A stretch of DNA of 64,000 nucleotides from an uncultured Sutterella sp. (GTDB taxonomy: Bacteria > Pseudomonadota > Gammaproteobacteria > Burkholderiales > Burkholderiaceae_F). The notes beneath the pieces were generated by a model that was not told the DNA's origin, did no database searches, and saw only the letters and a list, made by a program, of their open reading frames with translations. Position 1 is the stretch's first letter. Each line of letters opens with the position of its first letter. A program made the position numbers and the translations under genes. The stretch lies in assembly GCA_902388655.1 (NCBI GenBank), contig CABMQD010000001.1, positions 11,728 through 75,727 on the forward strand. The letters run 5' to 3'. This document shows positions 17,597-28,373 of this stretch, piece after piece.

Positions 17597-19467
17597 TATT
17601 TACCCCGCATGAAAAGCTTATCGAGATCACTCATTGTCATCTGCACCCAAGTGGGGCGCCCGTGATTGCACTGATCAATGCGTTCGGTTTTTTCCATTTG
17701 ACGCAAAAGCGCATCCATCTCTTCAATGCTGAGGTAACGATGAGCCCGAACTGCACCGTGACAAGCCATTGTGGCGAGAATTTCGTTGCGTTTTTCTTCA
17801 ATCAGGTTGCTGCCGCCAAAACGTTTAATATCGGCAAGTAGCTCAGTGATAAGCGCTTCTCCGGTCTTTTCAATATCGCCAGCCAATACCGCGGGCACGG
17901 CTCTTAAGCGCAAATGCGTCGGAGAAGCCGCTTCCAATTCAATCCCCAGTGACAACAAAAGCGACTGATTATCTTCAAATGCCGCCATTTCTTCCGCATC
18001 AACTTGGAAAACCAACGGTATCAAAAGCTGCTGGACGGCCAACTTTTGCGCATCCATCTGAGCTTTTAATTTTTCATAGACGATGCGCTCATGGGCCGCG
18101 TGCATATCCACTAACACCATCCCATAATCATTTTCGGCAATGATGAAAACGCCACCGATCTGTCCCAGGGCTCGCCCTAAAGGATAAGAAAGTTTTTCCT
18201 GGTCCTCGGATTCTTTAATAGGCTCACCCGCTCGAATCGCCTGTACCGTATCAGGAACGATCTTTCCATGAGAGGTCTCGGATTTCGTCTGATAAAAATC
18301 CAGATAACGATTTAACTGAGAGGGCTCATAAGCACGAGCGGTTTGAGTTTTCAACTCAAAGGGGCGCGTTGGGTGATTAGACTCTGCAGAAACGGAGGAA
18401 GACTGCGATTGAGCATCACGATTTTCACCGCTTTGCTCCCCTTCTGAGGAAGCAATGGAAGCCAGAGCCGGCGCCAAAGCATTTTGCACCGCGTGCATGA
18501 CGAACTGATGAACCCATTGAGAGTCCCGGAAGCGCAATTCGCTTTTTGTCGGATGGACATTGACGTCTACTTTAACCGGATCGATATCGACAAAAAGGCA
18601 ATACATCGGTTGCAGCTGATTGTGAAGCACATCCGCGTACGCGTTTTTGACAGCGTGCGCCAAAAGCTTATCGCGCACAAAACGGCCGTTGACGTAGCAG
18701 TATTGAGCGTCGGTGCGCGCTCGTCCCGCCGTGGGCAAGCCTACCCAACCGTACACACGGGCTGTCGCCGTTTCAGCGTAAACCTCGCGCTGAGCGCGGG
18801 CAAACTCATCGGGCAAAATGCGGTTGACGCGAGAACGACTGTCTTCGACCGGAAGCATCAACACAGGCTTACCATTATTGACCAAACGGAATTCAATTGT
18901 GGGATGCGCGATCGCAATGCGCTCTAAAGCCACCTTGCAATGCGCGGCCTCGGTCGCTTCAGACTTTAAAAATTTGCGTCTGGCAGGCGTCTTAAAGAAA
19001 AGATCCTCAACATCCACTTTGGTACCTTGCGCACCCGCGGCCACTTCCACTTCACCTTCATGGATGCTGTAGGCGTGAGACTGCTCGGGCGTTCTGGAGG
19101 TTAGCGTCATAGCGCTCACCGAGGCGATTGAAGCCAAAGCCTCTCCCCGAAAACCCAAGCTGAGAACATGCTCCAACTCGTTGAGATCGCGAATTTTGCT
19201 TGTCGCATGGCGCTTGAGCGCAAGCGACAATTCGTCCTTGGCAATTCCCCGACCGTTATCAGTCACCGTGAGTCGCTTGATGCCCCCCGATTCGAGACGC
19301 ACCTCAATGCGCGTTGCATCGGCGTCAATAGCGTTTTCCACCAACTCCTTCAATACGGACGCGGGACGCTCGATCACTTCACCCGCGGCAATCTGACTGA
19401 CTAACTGATCAGAGAGCTCTTTGATGGATCTTTTCGGAGAATGTTCAGTTTTATTCAATACTTGCAT
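17596..19467 (-). CDS. mutL: DNA mismatch repair protein MutL
   Basis: GHKL ATPase N-terminus (QIAAGEVIERPASVLKELVENAIDA). 623 aa. The stop overlaps the miaA start. Confidence 0.9.
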   Translation of the reverse strand: MQVLNKTEHSPKRSIKELSDQLVSQIAAGEVIERPASVLKELVENAIDADATRIEVRLESGGIKRLTVTDNGRGIAKDELSLALKRHATSKIRDLNELEHVLSLGFRGEALASIASVSAMTLTSRTPEQSHAYSIHEGEVEVAAGAQGTKVDVEDLFFKTPARRKFLKSEATEAAHCKVALERIAIAHPTIEFRLVNNGKPVLMLPVEDSRSRVNRILPDEFARAQREVYAETATARVYGWVGLPTAGRARTDAQYCYVNGRFVRDKLLAHAVKNAYADVLHNQLQPMYCLFVDIDPVKVDVNVHPTKSELRFRDSQWVHQFVMHAVQNALAPALASIASSEGEQSGENRDAQSQSSSVSAESNHPTRPFELKTQTARAYEPSQLNRYLDFYQTKSETSHGKIVPDTVQAIRAGEPIKESEDQEKLSYPLGRALGQIGGVFIIAENDYGMVLVDMHAAHERIVYEKLKAQMDAQKLAVQQLLIPLVFQVDAEEMAAFEDNQSLLLSLGIELEAASPTHLRLRAVPAVLAGDIEKTGEALITELLADIKRFGGSNLIEEKRNEILATMACHGAVRAHRYLSIEEMDALLRQMEKTERIDQCNHGRPTWVQMTMSDLDKLFMRGK

Positions 19468-19698
19468 AGTGCGGAAATTTTAGCATTCTCAACATTCAAG
19501 ACATATTGTGAAGACGACTGAATCAATCAGATTTTTACAAGAACACGAGACAAGGTTCCAGTATGCAACATACGGATACGAAACTTTCTCTTAATTCTTC
19601 AAATCCTTGGTTAAGCCTCTTTTAAACTTTATTTGAAATGATTAAACTCTAGTCCGTTATATCGATAAAAATACTGTCATTGTTGTTTTCCCTCAATC

Positions 19699-20358
19699 AT
19701 GGATTGGTCTTTATTCATTGATTTATTCACCAATGCCGATCGTTTCCTGATTACGATCGCCAACGAATACGGCATACTGATTTACGTCATCATGTTCATG
19801 ATCTTTTTCCTGGAAACAGGGATTGTGGTCATGGCGTTTTTGCCGGGCGATTCGCTCCTATTTGTGGCCGGCGCCGTCACTGCCACGGGAGCCATTGATC
19901 CATGGTGGCTCACCGGTGTTGTCACCCTGGGCGCTATTCTCGGCAACACATCAAACTTTTACATTGGCTCTTGGCTTGGTCATAAAATCTACGACGGCTC
20001 CATCAGCTGGATTGATCAGGAAGCCCTCAATAAAACCCACCAGTTCTATTTGATGCACGGTGGTAAAACCATTTTCCTGGCTCGTTTTGTTCCGATTGTC
20101 AGAACCTTTGCGCCGCTTATTGCCGGCGCCGCCTCGATGCCTGTTTGGCGCTTTGAGTTTTATTCCATTACCGGCGCTTTTGCCTGGGTTTACGGTTTAA
20201 TTTGGGCCGGACACTTATTTGGCAATATGCCCTTCATTCGAGACCATTTAACAACAATTTTGTTGTGCGGCATTAGCTTCGCATTGATTCCTACGATTGC
20301 GATCGCGCTGTCAAAATTCTTGAAAAAGCGAAAAGAGCAAAAACAAGCCGCAAAATAA
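19699..20358 (+). CDS. DedA-family inner-membrane protein
   Basis: DedA/SNARE-associated motif region (ETGIVVMAFLPGDSLLF). 219 aa. Confidence 0.75.
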   Translation: MDWSLFIDLFTNADRFLITIANEYGILIYVIMFMIFFLETGIVVMAFLPGDSLLFVAGAVTATGAIDPWWLTGVVTLGAILGNTSNFYIGSWLGHKIYDGSISWIDQEALNKTHQFYLMHGGKTIFLARFVPIVRTFAPLIAGAASMPVWRFEFYSITGAFAWVYGLIWAGHLFGNMPFIRDHLTTILLCGISFALIPTIAIALSKFLKKRKEQKQAAK

Positions 20359-20419
20359 ACATTCAATGGGCGTGCGCCGCAAAAGGCATCACGCTCATTT
20401 TCTTAATGAGGAGACTTAC

Positions 20420-21700
20420 ATGCAACAATGGGACCACTTCATTGCGATCATTAAAAAGGAGGTCCAGCCGGCTTTGGGCTGTACGGAACCGACCTCGATT
20501 GCCTACGCGGCCGCTCACGCCGCCCGTCTTTTGGGACAAAAACCCGAACGCCTGACAGTGGCCGTCAGTGATAACCTCTATAAGAACGCCATGGGAGTGT
20601 TCGTCCCGGGCACCGGACAAATCGGTCTGCCGATTGCCGCGGCTGTCGGCGCCTTAGGCGGCGATCCTGACGCCGGTCTTGAAGTGCTCTCTACCGTCAC
20701 TCCCGCTAATGTGAAAGAAGCCATGAGCATGATTGAAGAAGGCAAGGTGACGATCGAACGCGCTGAAAGTCTTGACGCGGTATTTTGCAGCGCCACCGCT
20801 TACGCCGGTGACGAGTCGGCTCAAGTGACCGTTCAGGGTGACCACACCGGCATCGTCGAAGAACGCAAAAACGGCAAAATCGTCTTCCAGAAAGAGCAAG
20901 CTATCAGCACCGATGCCCAAGGACAAAGCGCGGTGGGCGGTGAAGAAATCAACCTCAAATCCATTTATGACTTTGCCCTCAACGCCCCCTTTGAAGATAT
21001 CGCCTTTATCCTGCAGGCTCGAGACATCAATATGGCGCTGGCCGCCGAGGGTTTAAGCCGTGAGTATGGATTGGAATTGGGCCGCACAATCAACGAGCAA
21101 ATCAAAGCCGGACTGATCAGCTCCGATCTGATCAACAATATGGCGGCCTGCACAGCGGCTGCGTCTGACGCGCGCATGGGTGGAGCAACCCTTCCCGCCA
21201 TGAGCAATTACGGCAGCGGCAACCAAGGCATCACCGCGACGATCCCAGTTGTCAAAATGGCCGAGTTCCTCAAAGCCGATGATGAAAAACTGGCCCGCGC
21301 ACTGATTCTTTCTCACTTGGGGGCCATCTATATCAAGTCTCATTACCCGGCGCTGTCGGCTTTCTGCGGAAACACGGCCACTTCATCAGCTGTGGCCATG
21401 GCGCTTGTGTATCTTAATGACGGCACCTATGAGCAAGGCTGCATGGCCATCAATAACGTGATCAGCGATACATCCGGCATGGTTTGTGACGGCGCTAAAT
21501 CCACCTGCGCGATGAAAGTGCACACGGCCGCTCAAACCGCCTACAAATGCTGCTTCCTCGCCTTGGCCGGTCATGGTGTCGCCGGACAAGGCATTGTGTC
21601 CGCTGACGTGGAAAAAACCATCGACAATCTCGGCGCAATGATTACCAAAGGCATGCAACAGACCGATGAGAAAATCATCGAAATCATGCGCCGCAACTAA
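20420..21700 (+). CDS. cyuA: L-cysteine desulfidase CyuA (YhaM/UPF0597 family)
   Basis: Strong match to E. coli YhaM as recalled (ALGCTEP ... ASDARMGGATLPAMSN.GSGNQGITAT ... CDGA..CAMKV ... QQTD..IIEIM). The start is set at MQQWDHF, which has a GAGGAG RBS. Confidence 0.8.
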   Translation: MQQWDHFIAIIKKEVQPALGCTEPTSIAYAAAHAARLLGQKPERLTVAVSDNLYKNAMGVFVPGTGQIGLPIAAAVGALGGDPDAGLEVLSTVTPANVKEAMSMIEEGKVTIERAESLDAVFCSATAYAGDESAQVTVQGDHTGIVEERKNGKIVFQKEQAISTDAQGQSAVGGEEINLKSIYDFALNAPFEDIAFILQARDINMALAAEGLSREYGLELGRTINEQIKAGLISSDLINNMAACTAAASDARMGGATLPAMSNYGSGNQGITATIPVVKMAEFLKADDEKLARALILSHLGAIYIKSHYPALSAFCGNTATSSAVAMALVYLNDGTYEQGCMAINNVISDTSGMVCDGAKSTCAMKVHTAAQTAYKCCFLALAGHGVAGQGIVSADVEKTIDNLGAMITKGMQQTDEKIIEIMRRN

Positions 21701-21745
21701 CTTTCTAAATGCCGAGGCCGGGATATGTCCGCGGCCCGGCATTTT

Positions 21746-22102
21746 CTAATCCATCCAAAATTTAGCGATAGGCAGGGCAACGTTGCCGTTATCGTACTCC
21801 TGCACTTCGTTACCGCAGTACAAAACAACCCCTTGAATTGGAGCTCCGGCATTGACCTGTTTAAACCATTCAATATTTTTGAAGTCAGTTTTGCTCACCT
21901 TATCTGAACTCTTAATCTCAATGGCCACTTTCCGACCACTCTCGTGTTCAAGCAACAAGTCAATCTCGTAGCGTTGATCGGCCCGTACGTGAAAAATACT
22001 CCAATCTCCCGCCAATTCGATATAAGGAATTAACTGCGTATAGACAAACGTTTTCACCAAATTACCGACAAAATCTGTCCCAGCCTTCCCACTATGCAAC
22101 AA
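21746..22102 (-). pseudogene. C-terminal fragment of a DUF4143/COG1373-family AAA ATPase (N-terminal ATPase part missing)
   Basis: 118 aa matching the typical C-terminus of DUF4143 ATPases (...YEIDLLLEHESGRKVAIEIKSSDKVSKTDFKNIEWF). An in-frame stop lies immediately upstream, and there is no Walker-motif region. Confidence 0.45.
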
Positions 22103-22252
22103 CCACGAAGTAAAAATCTATTGATAGCATACCAAAAACGCCAACATCCGGACAGAGTTCAACCTATCCAATGTTGGCGTTCAGAAGAGGCTAAATCGTT
22201 AGAACTATTCGAGAAAATCTTTTTCTCTCAACAATTCTTTCCGATTAACTTG

Positions 22253-23455
22253 TCATTGAGCGCGTTTTTCCAAGATTTCAATGGCGGGCAACACCTTACC
22301 TTCCAGGAATTCAAGGAACGCACCGCCACCGGTGGAAATGTAGGAAATACGATCAGCAATGCCAAATTTGCCCACGGCGGCCACCGTGTCACCACCGCCC
22401 GCAATGGAGAACGCGCCGGCTTCGGTTGCCTTGGCAATTGCCTCGGCCATCACTTCGGTACCATGAGAATAGGGTTCCATTTCAAACACGCCGACCGGAC
22501 CGTTCCAAACAATGGTGCCGGCCCTTTGCAAAATGTCGGCCAAAGCCTTCGCCGTTTCAGGCCCCACGTCCAAAATCATTTCATCATCTTGAACATCTTC
22601 AATGCGGCAAGTGCGATGTTCAGCTGTTTCTGAGAACTCCTTGGCAACCACAACGTCTGTGGGCAAGGGCAGCGTAGCGCCCTTTTGCTTTAATGTTTCC
22701 AAAATCTTCTTGCATTCATCGAGCAAATCGGCTTCGGCCAAAGACTTACCCACTTTGTAGCCAGCGGCCATCAGGAACGTATTAGCGATGCCGCCACCCA
22801 CAATCAGCTGATCAACTTTCTGAGCCAAGTTATTCAAAATTGTGAGCTTCGTGGAAACTTTCGAGCCGCCGACAATGGCGACGAGCGGATGCTTGGCTTC
22901 TTCCACCGCCTTGGTAAGCGCGTCAATTTCAGCGGCCATCAAGGGACCTGCGCAAACCACATCGGCGTATTGAGCCACGCCGTAAGTGGAGGCTTGAGCG
23001 CGGTGAGCGGTACCAAAAGCGTCATTGACAAACACGTCACAAAGCGCGCCGTACTTCTTCGAGAGCTCTTCCGTGCACTTCTTTTCACCAACGTTGCAGC
23101 GGCAGTTTTCAAGCATCACCACTTCACCCGGAGCGACTTCAAAACCGCCGTCCACCCAGTTGTCAATCAAACGAACCGGACATTGCAAGAGTTCAGACAT
23201 GCGCTGAGCGATCTTCACCAAGCTGTCAGCCGGCGTTTTTTCACCTTCCTTCGGACGCCCCAAGTGTGTCACCACCATCACTCGAGCGCTGGCGTCTCGG
23301 GCCATGCGGATGGCCGGGACGGAAGCCACCAAACGAGCTTCATTCGTGATATTGCCGTTTTCATCGCGCGGAGTATTCAAATCAGAACGGATAAAAACGC
23401 GTTTATCTTTCAAGGCACCGGCCTTGACCAATTGTTCGAGAGTTGTCACTCGCAT
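22253..23455 (-). CDS. pgk: Phosphoglycerate kinase
   Basis: 400 aa with a PGK-typical sequence throughout. Confidence 0.9.
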   Translation of the reverse strand: MRVTTLEQLVKAGALKDKRVFIRSDLNTPRDENGNITNEARLVASVPAIRMARDASARVMVVTHLGRPKEGEKTPADSLVKIAQRMSELLQCPVRLIDNWVDGGFEVAPGEVVMLENCRCNVGEKKCTEELSKKYGALCDVFVNDAFGTAHRAQASTYGVAQYADVVCAGPLMAAEIDALTKAVEEAKHPLVAIVGGSKVSTKLTILNNLAQKVDQLIVGGGIANTFLMAAGYKVGKSLAEADLLDECKKILETLKQKGATLPLPTDVVVAKEFSETAEHRTCRIEDVQDDEMILDVGPETAKALADILQRAGTIVWNGPVGVFEMEPYSHGTEVMAEAIAKATEAGAFSIAGGGDTVAAVGKFGIADRISYISTGGGAFLEFLEGKVLPAIEILEKRAQ

Positions 23456-23501
23456 GGTGTCTTTCCCTTAAAAAGAAACAAGTTAATTTTTAAATTTTAA
23501 A

Positions 23502-26378
23502 TCATTGCAAAAGCACGGGTTCCGGTTCAAGTTCCACCCCAAACTTTGCCCGAACTTCATCGCGAATATGTTGGGCAAAAGCCAACAGTTCTTGACCGCC
23601 GGCCTGCCCCGCGTGATTGACCAAAACAAGAGCCTGCTTTTCGTAGGTTCCCGCCGCGCCATCACGCACGCCCTTTAATCCCGCCTGTTCAATGAGCCAG
23701 CCGGCAGCGAGTTTTTCACGACCGCCGGCGAGCGGATAATGAACAATGCTTGGGAATTGAGTTAAAAGCGCTTGGAATTGCTCACGGCTTACTATCGGAT
23801 TCTTAAAGAAAGAGCCGGCGCTAGGCACAAGCTTGGGATCCGGTAATTTACGGGTACGAATGCCGACCACAGCACTAAATATATCCTTAGGTGTCGGCTC
23901 TGCCCCTTCAGCAGCGACAATTGAGGCCAATTCTTTATAACTTAAATTGGGTTTCCAATTCGCGTCAAAGCCGAAAGTCACTGAAAGCACGATCAGGTTT
24001 TCACCTTCCTGAGTCTTAAAAAGACTGTGGCGGTAACCGAAATCACACTGCTCACCGGCAATCTCACGACAAGAGCCCGTCTGCGGATCGTAGACCTCAA
24101 CGCTTCTGACAAATTGAGACACCTCTGAGCCGTAAGCTCCGATATTTTGTACAATGGCGCCCCCTACCGTTCCGGGGATCAACGCCAGATTTTCCGGTCC
24201 GCCCCAACCCTGCGCGATAACGCGTTTGACAGTTTCGTGCCAACTTTCTCCGGCACCCACCGTCACCGTTCGCTCTGCCTCATTGACATCAAACCCTTCG
24301 ATTTCCATGTGAAGAACCAGGCGATCGACAAAGTCGGAAGTGATCAGAAGATTGGAACCGCCGCCTAACACAAAGGGGGCGAGATTGTTACGATGAGCCC
24401 AATCGAGGGCGAGTGCTAAATCTTCCGGACTCTTCACACGAGCAAAATTGCGAGCTGTTGCGCTGACCGCCATCGTGTTATAGGGCTTCAGATCCACCAA
24501 ACTTTCGATTAAAAGCACTTCTTTTATGCGATGAATGACGCTCTCAGCATCCAGTTGATTTTCACGCATGAGCTCTTCAATGGTGCCTTGGGGGATGAAT
24601 CGATCTTCAATCCCCATAACCAAGACGGGCTTTTGAATTCTCAACTCAGAAAGCACCTCCAGCACGCCGCTGCCGGCTCCGCCCGCTACGACACCATCTT
24701 CAATCGTGCAGAGAACATCATGGGTAGCGGCAGCCTCAATGATCATGTCTCGATCAAGAGGCTTTACAAAACGCATATCAATCAGCGTGGCATCCAATGT
24801 TTCAGCCACTTCGCGCATCCGGCTAACCATCAAACCAAAAGCTAAAATCGCGACACGCTGATTTTTCTTTTGACTCTGACGAACAACGCGAGCTTTACCG
24901 ACTTCAAGCGTCAGCAACTCATCATCCTGAGCCACGCCCGGCCCCTTTCCTCTCGGATATCTCACCGCCGCAGGCGTCTTCATCTTATAAGCCGTGGTGA
25001 GCATTTTGCGGCACTCGTTTTCATCCGAAGGGGCCATAACCGTCATATTCGGAATACTTCTCAAATAGGCGATATCGAAAACGCCCTGGTGCGTTTCCCC
25101 GTCGGCGCCTACAAGACCGCCTCGATCAATCGCAAACATAACAGGGAGATTCTGAATGGCCACGTCATGCAAAATCTGATCGTAGGCGCGTTGCGCAAAT
25201 GAAGAGTAAATCGCCACAACGGGTTTAATGCCGCTGGTGGCTAAGCCCGCCGCATAGGTAACGGCATGCTGCTCGGCAATAGCCACATCCCGGTATCGAT
25301 CCGGAAAGCGCTTTTCAAATTCCACCAACCCTGATCCTTCCCGCATCGCCGGCGTAATAGCGTAAAGCTTTTCGTCAGCTTCGGCCATATCGCAAACCCA
25401 GCGTGAAAATACTTCGGTGTAGGTCGGATGATTCGGATCCGGTTTTTTCTCAGTGATACCGACTTCAGGATCGAACTTGCCCACTCCGTGATAGAGCGTC
25501 GGATTTAGTTCCGCGGGCTCGTATCCCTTGCCCTTCTTTGTCACCACATGCAACACCATGGGACCGTCCAACGCCTGGATGTTGCGCAGAACCGTCACCA
25601 GATTTTCGATGTCATGACCATCCACCGGACCGTAGTAATTCAGGTCAAATGCGGAAAAAAGCGTTGAATGCGGAGCGACAAAATTAACCGTTCTCTGCTC
25701 CATGCTTTTGAAGAGATTCCAGAGTCTGGGCAAGGGCTTTAACGCGCGCTTGGAGAAATTTCTGGCGCTTGAAAACGCATGTCCTGAAACTAGTTTGGCC
25801 AAATGATGATTCAAGGCGCCGACTGAAGGAGAAATCGAGCAATCGTTGTCGTTGACAATGATCAGCAGCTTAATGCCGTCTTTGTAAGTCCCGGCATGGT
25901 TTAGCGCTTCAACAGCCATACCGCCCGTAAGCGCGCCGTCTCCGATCACCGCGATGTGCCAAGCGTCGTGATCACCGTTCATGGCATCGGCCACCGCCAT
26001 ACCGAGCGCGGCCGAAATCGAAGTGGAGCTGTGCGCCGTGCCAAACGCATCGTGTTCGCTTTCACCCCTCTTAGGGAAGCCCGATAAGCCCTTATACTGC
26101 CGCAACGTTTTGAATTGATCCATCCGGCCGGTGATCATCTTATGGGCATAGGCCTGATGCCCCACATCGAAAATAATCTTGTCTCGAGGCGAATTAAAAA
26201 CGTAGTGCAGGGCAACCGTCAGGTCGACGGCGCCAAGGCTGCTGGCTAAATGGCCGCCGGTTCTGGCAACCGACTCGACCATAAATTCGCGAATCTCACG
26301 AGCCAATGTCGGAAGCATCGGCACGGAAAGTTTTTTCAAATCCGTCGGAGAATGAATTCGATTTAATAAACGCATCAC
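23502..26378 (-). CDS. dxs: 1-deoxy-D-xylulose-5-phosphate synthase (~616 aa) fused in-frame to UDP-N-acetylenolpyruvoylglucosamine reductase MurB (~342 aa)
   Basis: N-terminal part is DXS (TPP-binding GDG, transketolase-like). The C-terminal part begins LKPYNTM... and matches E. coli MurB along its length (LENLALIPGTVGGAIVQNIGAYG, LPDPK..AGSFFKNP, LAAGWLIEQAGLKG). No stop codon occurs at the junction (...KEVLLIESLVDLKPYNT...). Confidence 0.75.
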   Translation of the reverse strand: MMRLLNRIHSPTDLKKLSVPMLPTLAREIREFMVESVARTGGHLASSLGAVDLTVALHYVFNSPRDKIIFDVGHQAYAHKMITGRMDQFKTLRQYKGLSGFPKRGESEHDAFGTAHSSTSISAALGMAVADAMNGDHDAWHIAVIGDGALTGGMAVEALNHAGTYKDGIKLLIIVNDNDCSISPSVGALNHHLAKLVSGHAFSSARNFSKRALKPLPRLWNLFKSMEQRTVNFVAPHSTLFSAFDLNYYGPVDGHDIENLVTVLRNIQALDGPMVLHVVTKKGKGYEPAELNPTLYHGVGKFDPEVGITEKKPDPNHPTYTEVFSRWVCDMAEADEKLYAITPAMREGSGLVEFEKRFPDRYRDVAIAEQHAVTYAAGLATSGIKPVVAIYSSFAQRAYDQILHDVAIQNLPVMFAIDRGGLVGADGETHQGVFDIAYLRSIPNMTVMAPSDENECRKMLTTAYKMKTPAAVRYPRGKGPGVAQDDELLTLEVGKARVVRQSQKKNQRVAILAFGLMVSRMREVAETLDATLIDMRFVKPLDRDMIIEAAATHDVLCTIEDGVVAGGAGSGVLEVLSELRIQKPVLVMGIEDRFIPQGTIEELMRENQLDAESVIHRIKEVLLIESLVDLKPYNTMAVSATARNFARVKSPEDLALALDWAHRNNLAPFVLGGGSNLLITSDFVDRLVLHMEIEGFDVNEAERTVTVGAGESWHETVKRVIAQGWGGPENLALIPGTVGGAIVQNIGAYGSEVSQFVRSVEVYDPQTGSCREIAGEQCDFGYRHSLFKTQEGENLIVLSVTFGFDANWKPNLSYKELASIVAAEGAEPTPKDIFSAVVGIRTRKLPDPKLVPSAGSFFKNPIVSREQFQALLTQFPSIVHYPLAGGREKLAAGWLIEQAGLKGVRDGAAGTYEKQALVLVNHAGQAGGQELLAFAQHIRDEVRAKFGVELEPEPVLLQ

Positions 26379-26386
26379 TTCTCCCT

Positions 26387-27292
26387 TTAGTGGTCGCGGC
26401 TCAAAATATATCGGGCGATTTCAGCCAACCGCACCGTTTTACCTTGATAGTTTTGAGCGAGCTGCTCAATTGTTTCCAATGCTTGCAGCGCCTTGTTGAT
26501 TTCGTTTTGAGCCATCGTCCGGGACTGCTCCAGACCTAAAATCGACACATAGGTCGGTTTATCCTCCGCGGCATCTTTACCCGCTGTCTTTCCCAACACC
26601 TTCGTATCAGCCGTCACGTCAAGAATGTCATCAATGACTTGGAAAGCCAAACCGATCGCATCGGCATATTGAATGATCTGAGCGATGAGAGCCACGGGCG
26701 GCATCTCTTTTGCAGCATAAAGCCCCATTAAAGCACTGGCTCGAATCATGGCGCCGGTCTTTAAACGGTGCATGAGTGTGAGCGTATCCAGATCCAGTTT
26801 TTGATGAACGGACAGTAAATCAACGGCCTGCCCGCCGCACATGCCCACCGATCCGGCCGCTGTGGATAAAAGCTTCACCAAGGTGGCGATTTGCTCACCG
26901 GAGAGCTTCGTCTGCGTTAATTCATAAAAAGCTTGTGCCTGAAGAGCGTCTCCTGTGAGCATGCCCATGGCCTCACCATACTTGCGGTGAGTGGTGAGCT
27001 TTCCGCGGCGAAGCGTGTCATTGTCCATGCAAGGCATGTCATCATGAACAAGTGAATAAGAATGGATATATTCCAGAGCCAAAGCGATGTGATCCAGCGC
27101 CCCTTCGTCGGCACCCACCAGTTCTCCGGAAGCATACGCAAGCAACGGACGAATACGCTTGCCGCCGTCAAGCACCGCGTAGCGCATCGCCTCGTGCAAC
27201 TTCCAAGGCAAACGATTATCCGGTGGCAAGGCTTTTTTTGCACATAACTCAAAATGCGCCGCGCGTTCCGCGCTCCAGCTCTTAAAGTCCAT
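26387..27292 (-). CDS. ispA: Farnesyl diphosphate synthase (geranyltranstransferase)
   Basis: FARM and SARM motifs (LVHDDMPCMDNDTLRRG; FQVIDDILD). The start is set at MDFKSW. Overlaps the xseB stop. Confidence 0.85.
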   Translation of the reverse strand: MDFKSWSAERAAHFELCAKKALPPDNRLPWKLHEAMRYAVLDGGKRIRPLLAYASGELVGADEGALDHIALALEYIHSYSLVHDDMPCMDNDTLRRGKLTTHRKYGEAMGMLTGDALQAQAFYELTQTKLSGEQIATLVKLLSTAAGSVGMCGGQAVDLLSVHQKLDLDTLTLMHRLKTGAMIRASALMGLYAAKEMPPVALIAQIIQYADAIGLAFQVIDDILDVTADTKVLGKTAGKDAAEDKPTYVSILGLEQSRTMAQNEINKALQALETIEQLAQNYQGKTVRLAEIARYILSRDH

Positions 27293-27542
27293 CAGGCATT
27301 CCTTTCTGACGAAGATCTGATTCCTGCAAAGCGACTTCAGTACCATCCTCAAGCTCACGAACCACTTCAGCGGCCTGATTTAAAAGGGTTTGACAACGCA
27401 ATGACAACTCTTTGCCTCGCTGATAAGCCTTCACGCTTTCCTCAAGCGTCAGCTCCCCTTTTCTCATGGTTTCGACAATCGCCTGCATTTCCTGCATGGC
27501 TTCTTCAAAAGTTAATTTCTGAACCGATTTCAACTGCGCCAT
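27282..27542 (-). CDS. xseB: Exodeoxyribonuclease VII small subunit
   Basis: 86 aa. Shows the XseB pattern (FEEAMQEMQAIVETMRKGELTLEESVKAYQRGKEL). Confidence 0.85.
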   Translation of the reverse strand: MAQLKSVQKLTFEEAMQEMQAIVETMRKGELTLEESVKAYQRGKELSLRCQTLLNQAAEVVRELEDGTEVALQESDLRQKGMPDGL

Positions 27543-27845
27543 CGCAACCTCTTCTTGCTATAACCTGTTTATTTTAGCGGTCAGACCGTCAAGATTGTAG
27601 GTTTAGATAATTTAGACCGACTCTTATCATCAACAGTTGCCCCCTAAAACAAGCATCCCTTTGAAAATCTGATGAAAATTAGTCTTGATCTCATAATTGA
27701 ATTATCAGATTATTAGGTTTTAGTCAGCAACATATGGGCAACCCGCTTCAATATTGCGCCTGAAGTATTAAGCAAACATTTCTCTGAGTATGTTGTGAAA
27801 TCAAGTCTTTCTTGATACTCTTTCCAACATAAAAGTGAGCGTATC

Positions 27846-28373
27846 GTGGAAAATCAAATTCTTTACTCCTCCTGGCGTTCCCCCTGTGGGGAACTCATCA
27901 TTGCCACCATTGACGGTGAGCTCGTGATGAGTGACTGGAAACAGGGGTGGCATCATGAAACGATTTTGAATCGTTTTAAACGCCTGACCGGCCTTCCTTG
28001 GGTCAAGGGAGAAAACGGCGTCATTGAAAAGACAATCTCGGAATTGAAAGAGTACTTCGCCGGTCAACGCCGTCAATTTGATCTACCGCTGCGGATGATC
28101 GGAAGCGCATTTCAAATCAAGGTCTGGAATGCGCTTTTGCAAATTCCCTATGGAGAACAATGCTCCTATGCGGATGTTGCCCATGCGATCCATAACCCCA
28201 AGGCAGTCAGAGCCGTCGGAGGTGCGGTCGGTCAAAATCCGTTCTCCATCATCATTCCCTGTCACCGAGTGGTGGGAGCCAACCGGTCACTCACCGGCTA
28301 CGGCGGAGGATACGAGGCTAAGAAATTTCTCTTAAGACTCGAAAATCCTCAGGCTGGATTGTTTTCCAATTAA
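27846..28373 (+). CDS. ogt: Methylated-DNA--protein-cysteine methyltransferase
   Basis: PCHRVV active-site motif. 175 aa. Confidence 0.85.
   Translation: MENQILYSSWRSPCGELIIATIDGELVMSDWKQGWHHETILNRFKRLTGLPWVKGENGVIEKTISELKEYFAGQRRQFDLPLRMIGSAFQIKVWNALLQIPYGEQCSYADVAHAIHNPKAVRAVGGAVGQNPFSIIIPCHRVVGANRSLTGYGGGYEAKKFLLRLENPQAGLFSN

Noticed and set aside
22094-22633. 179-aa plus-strand ORF
   Set aside because: Antisense to pgk. No motifs.
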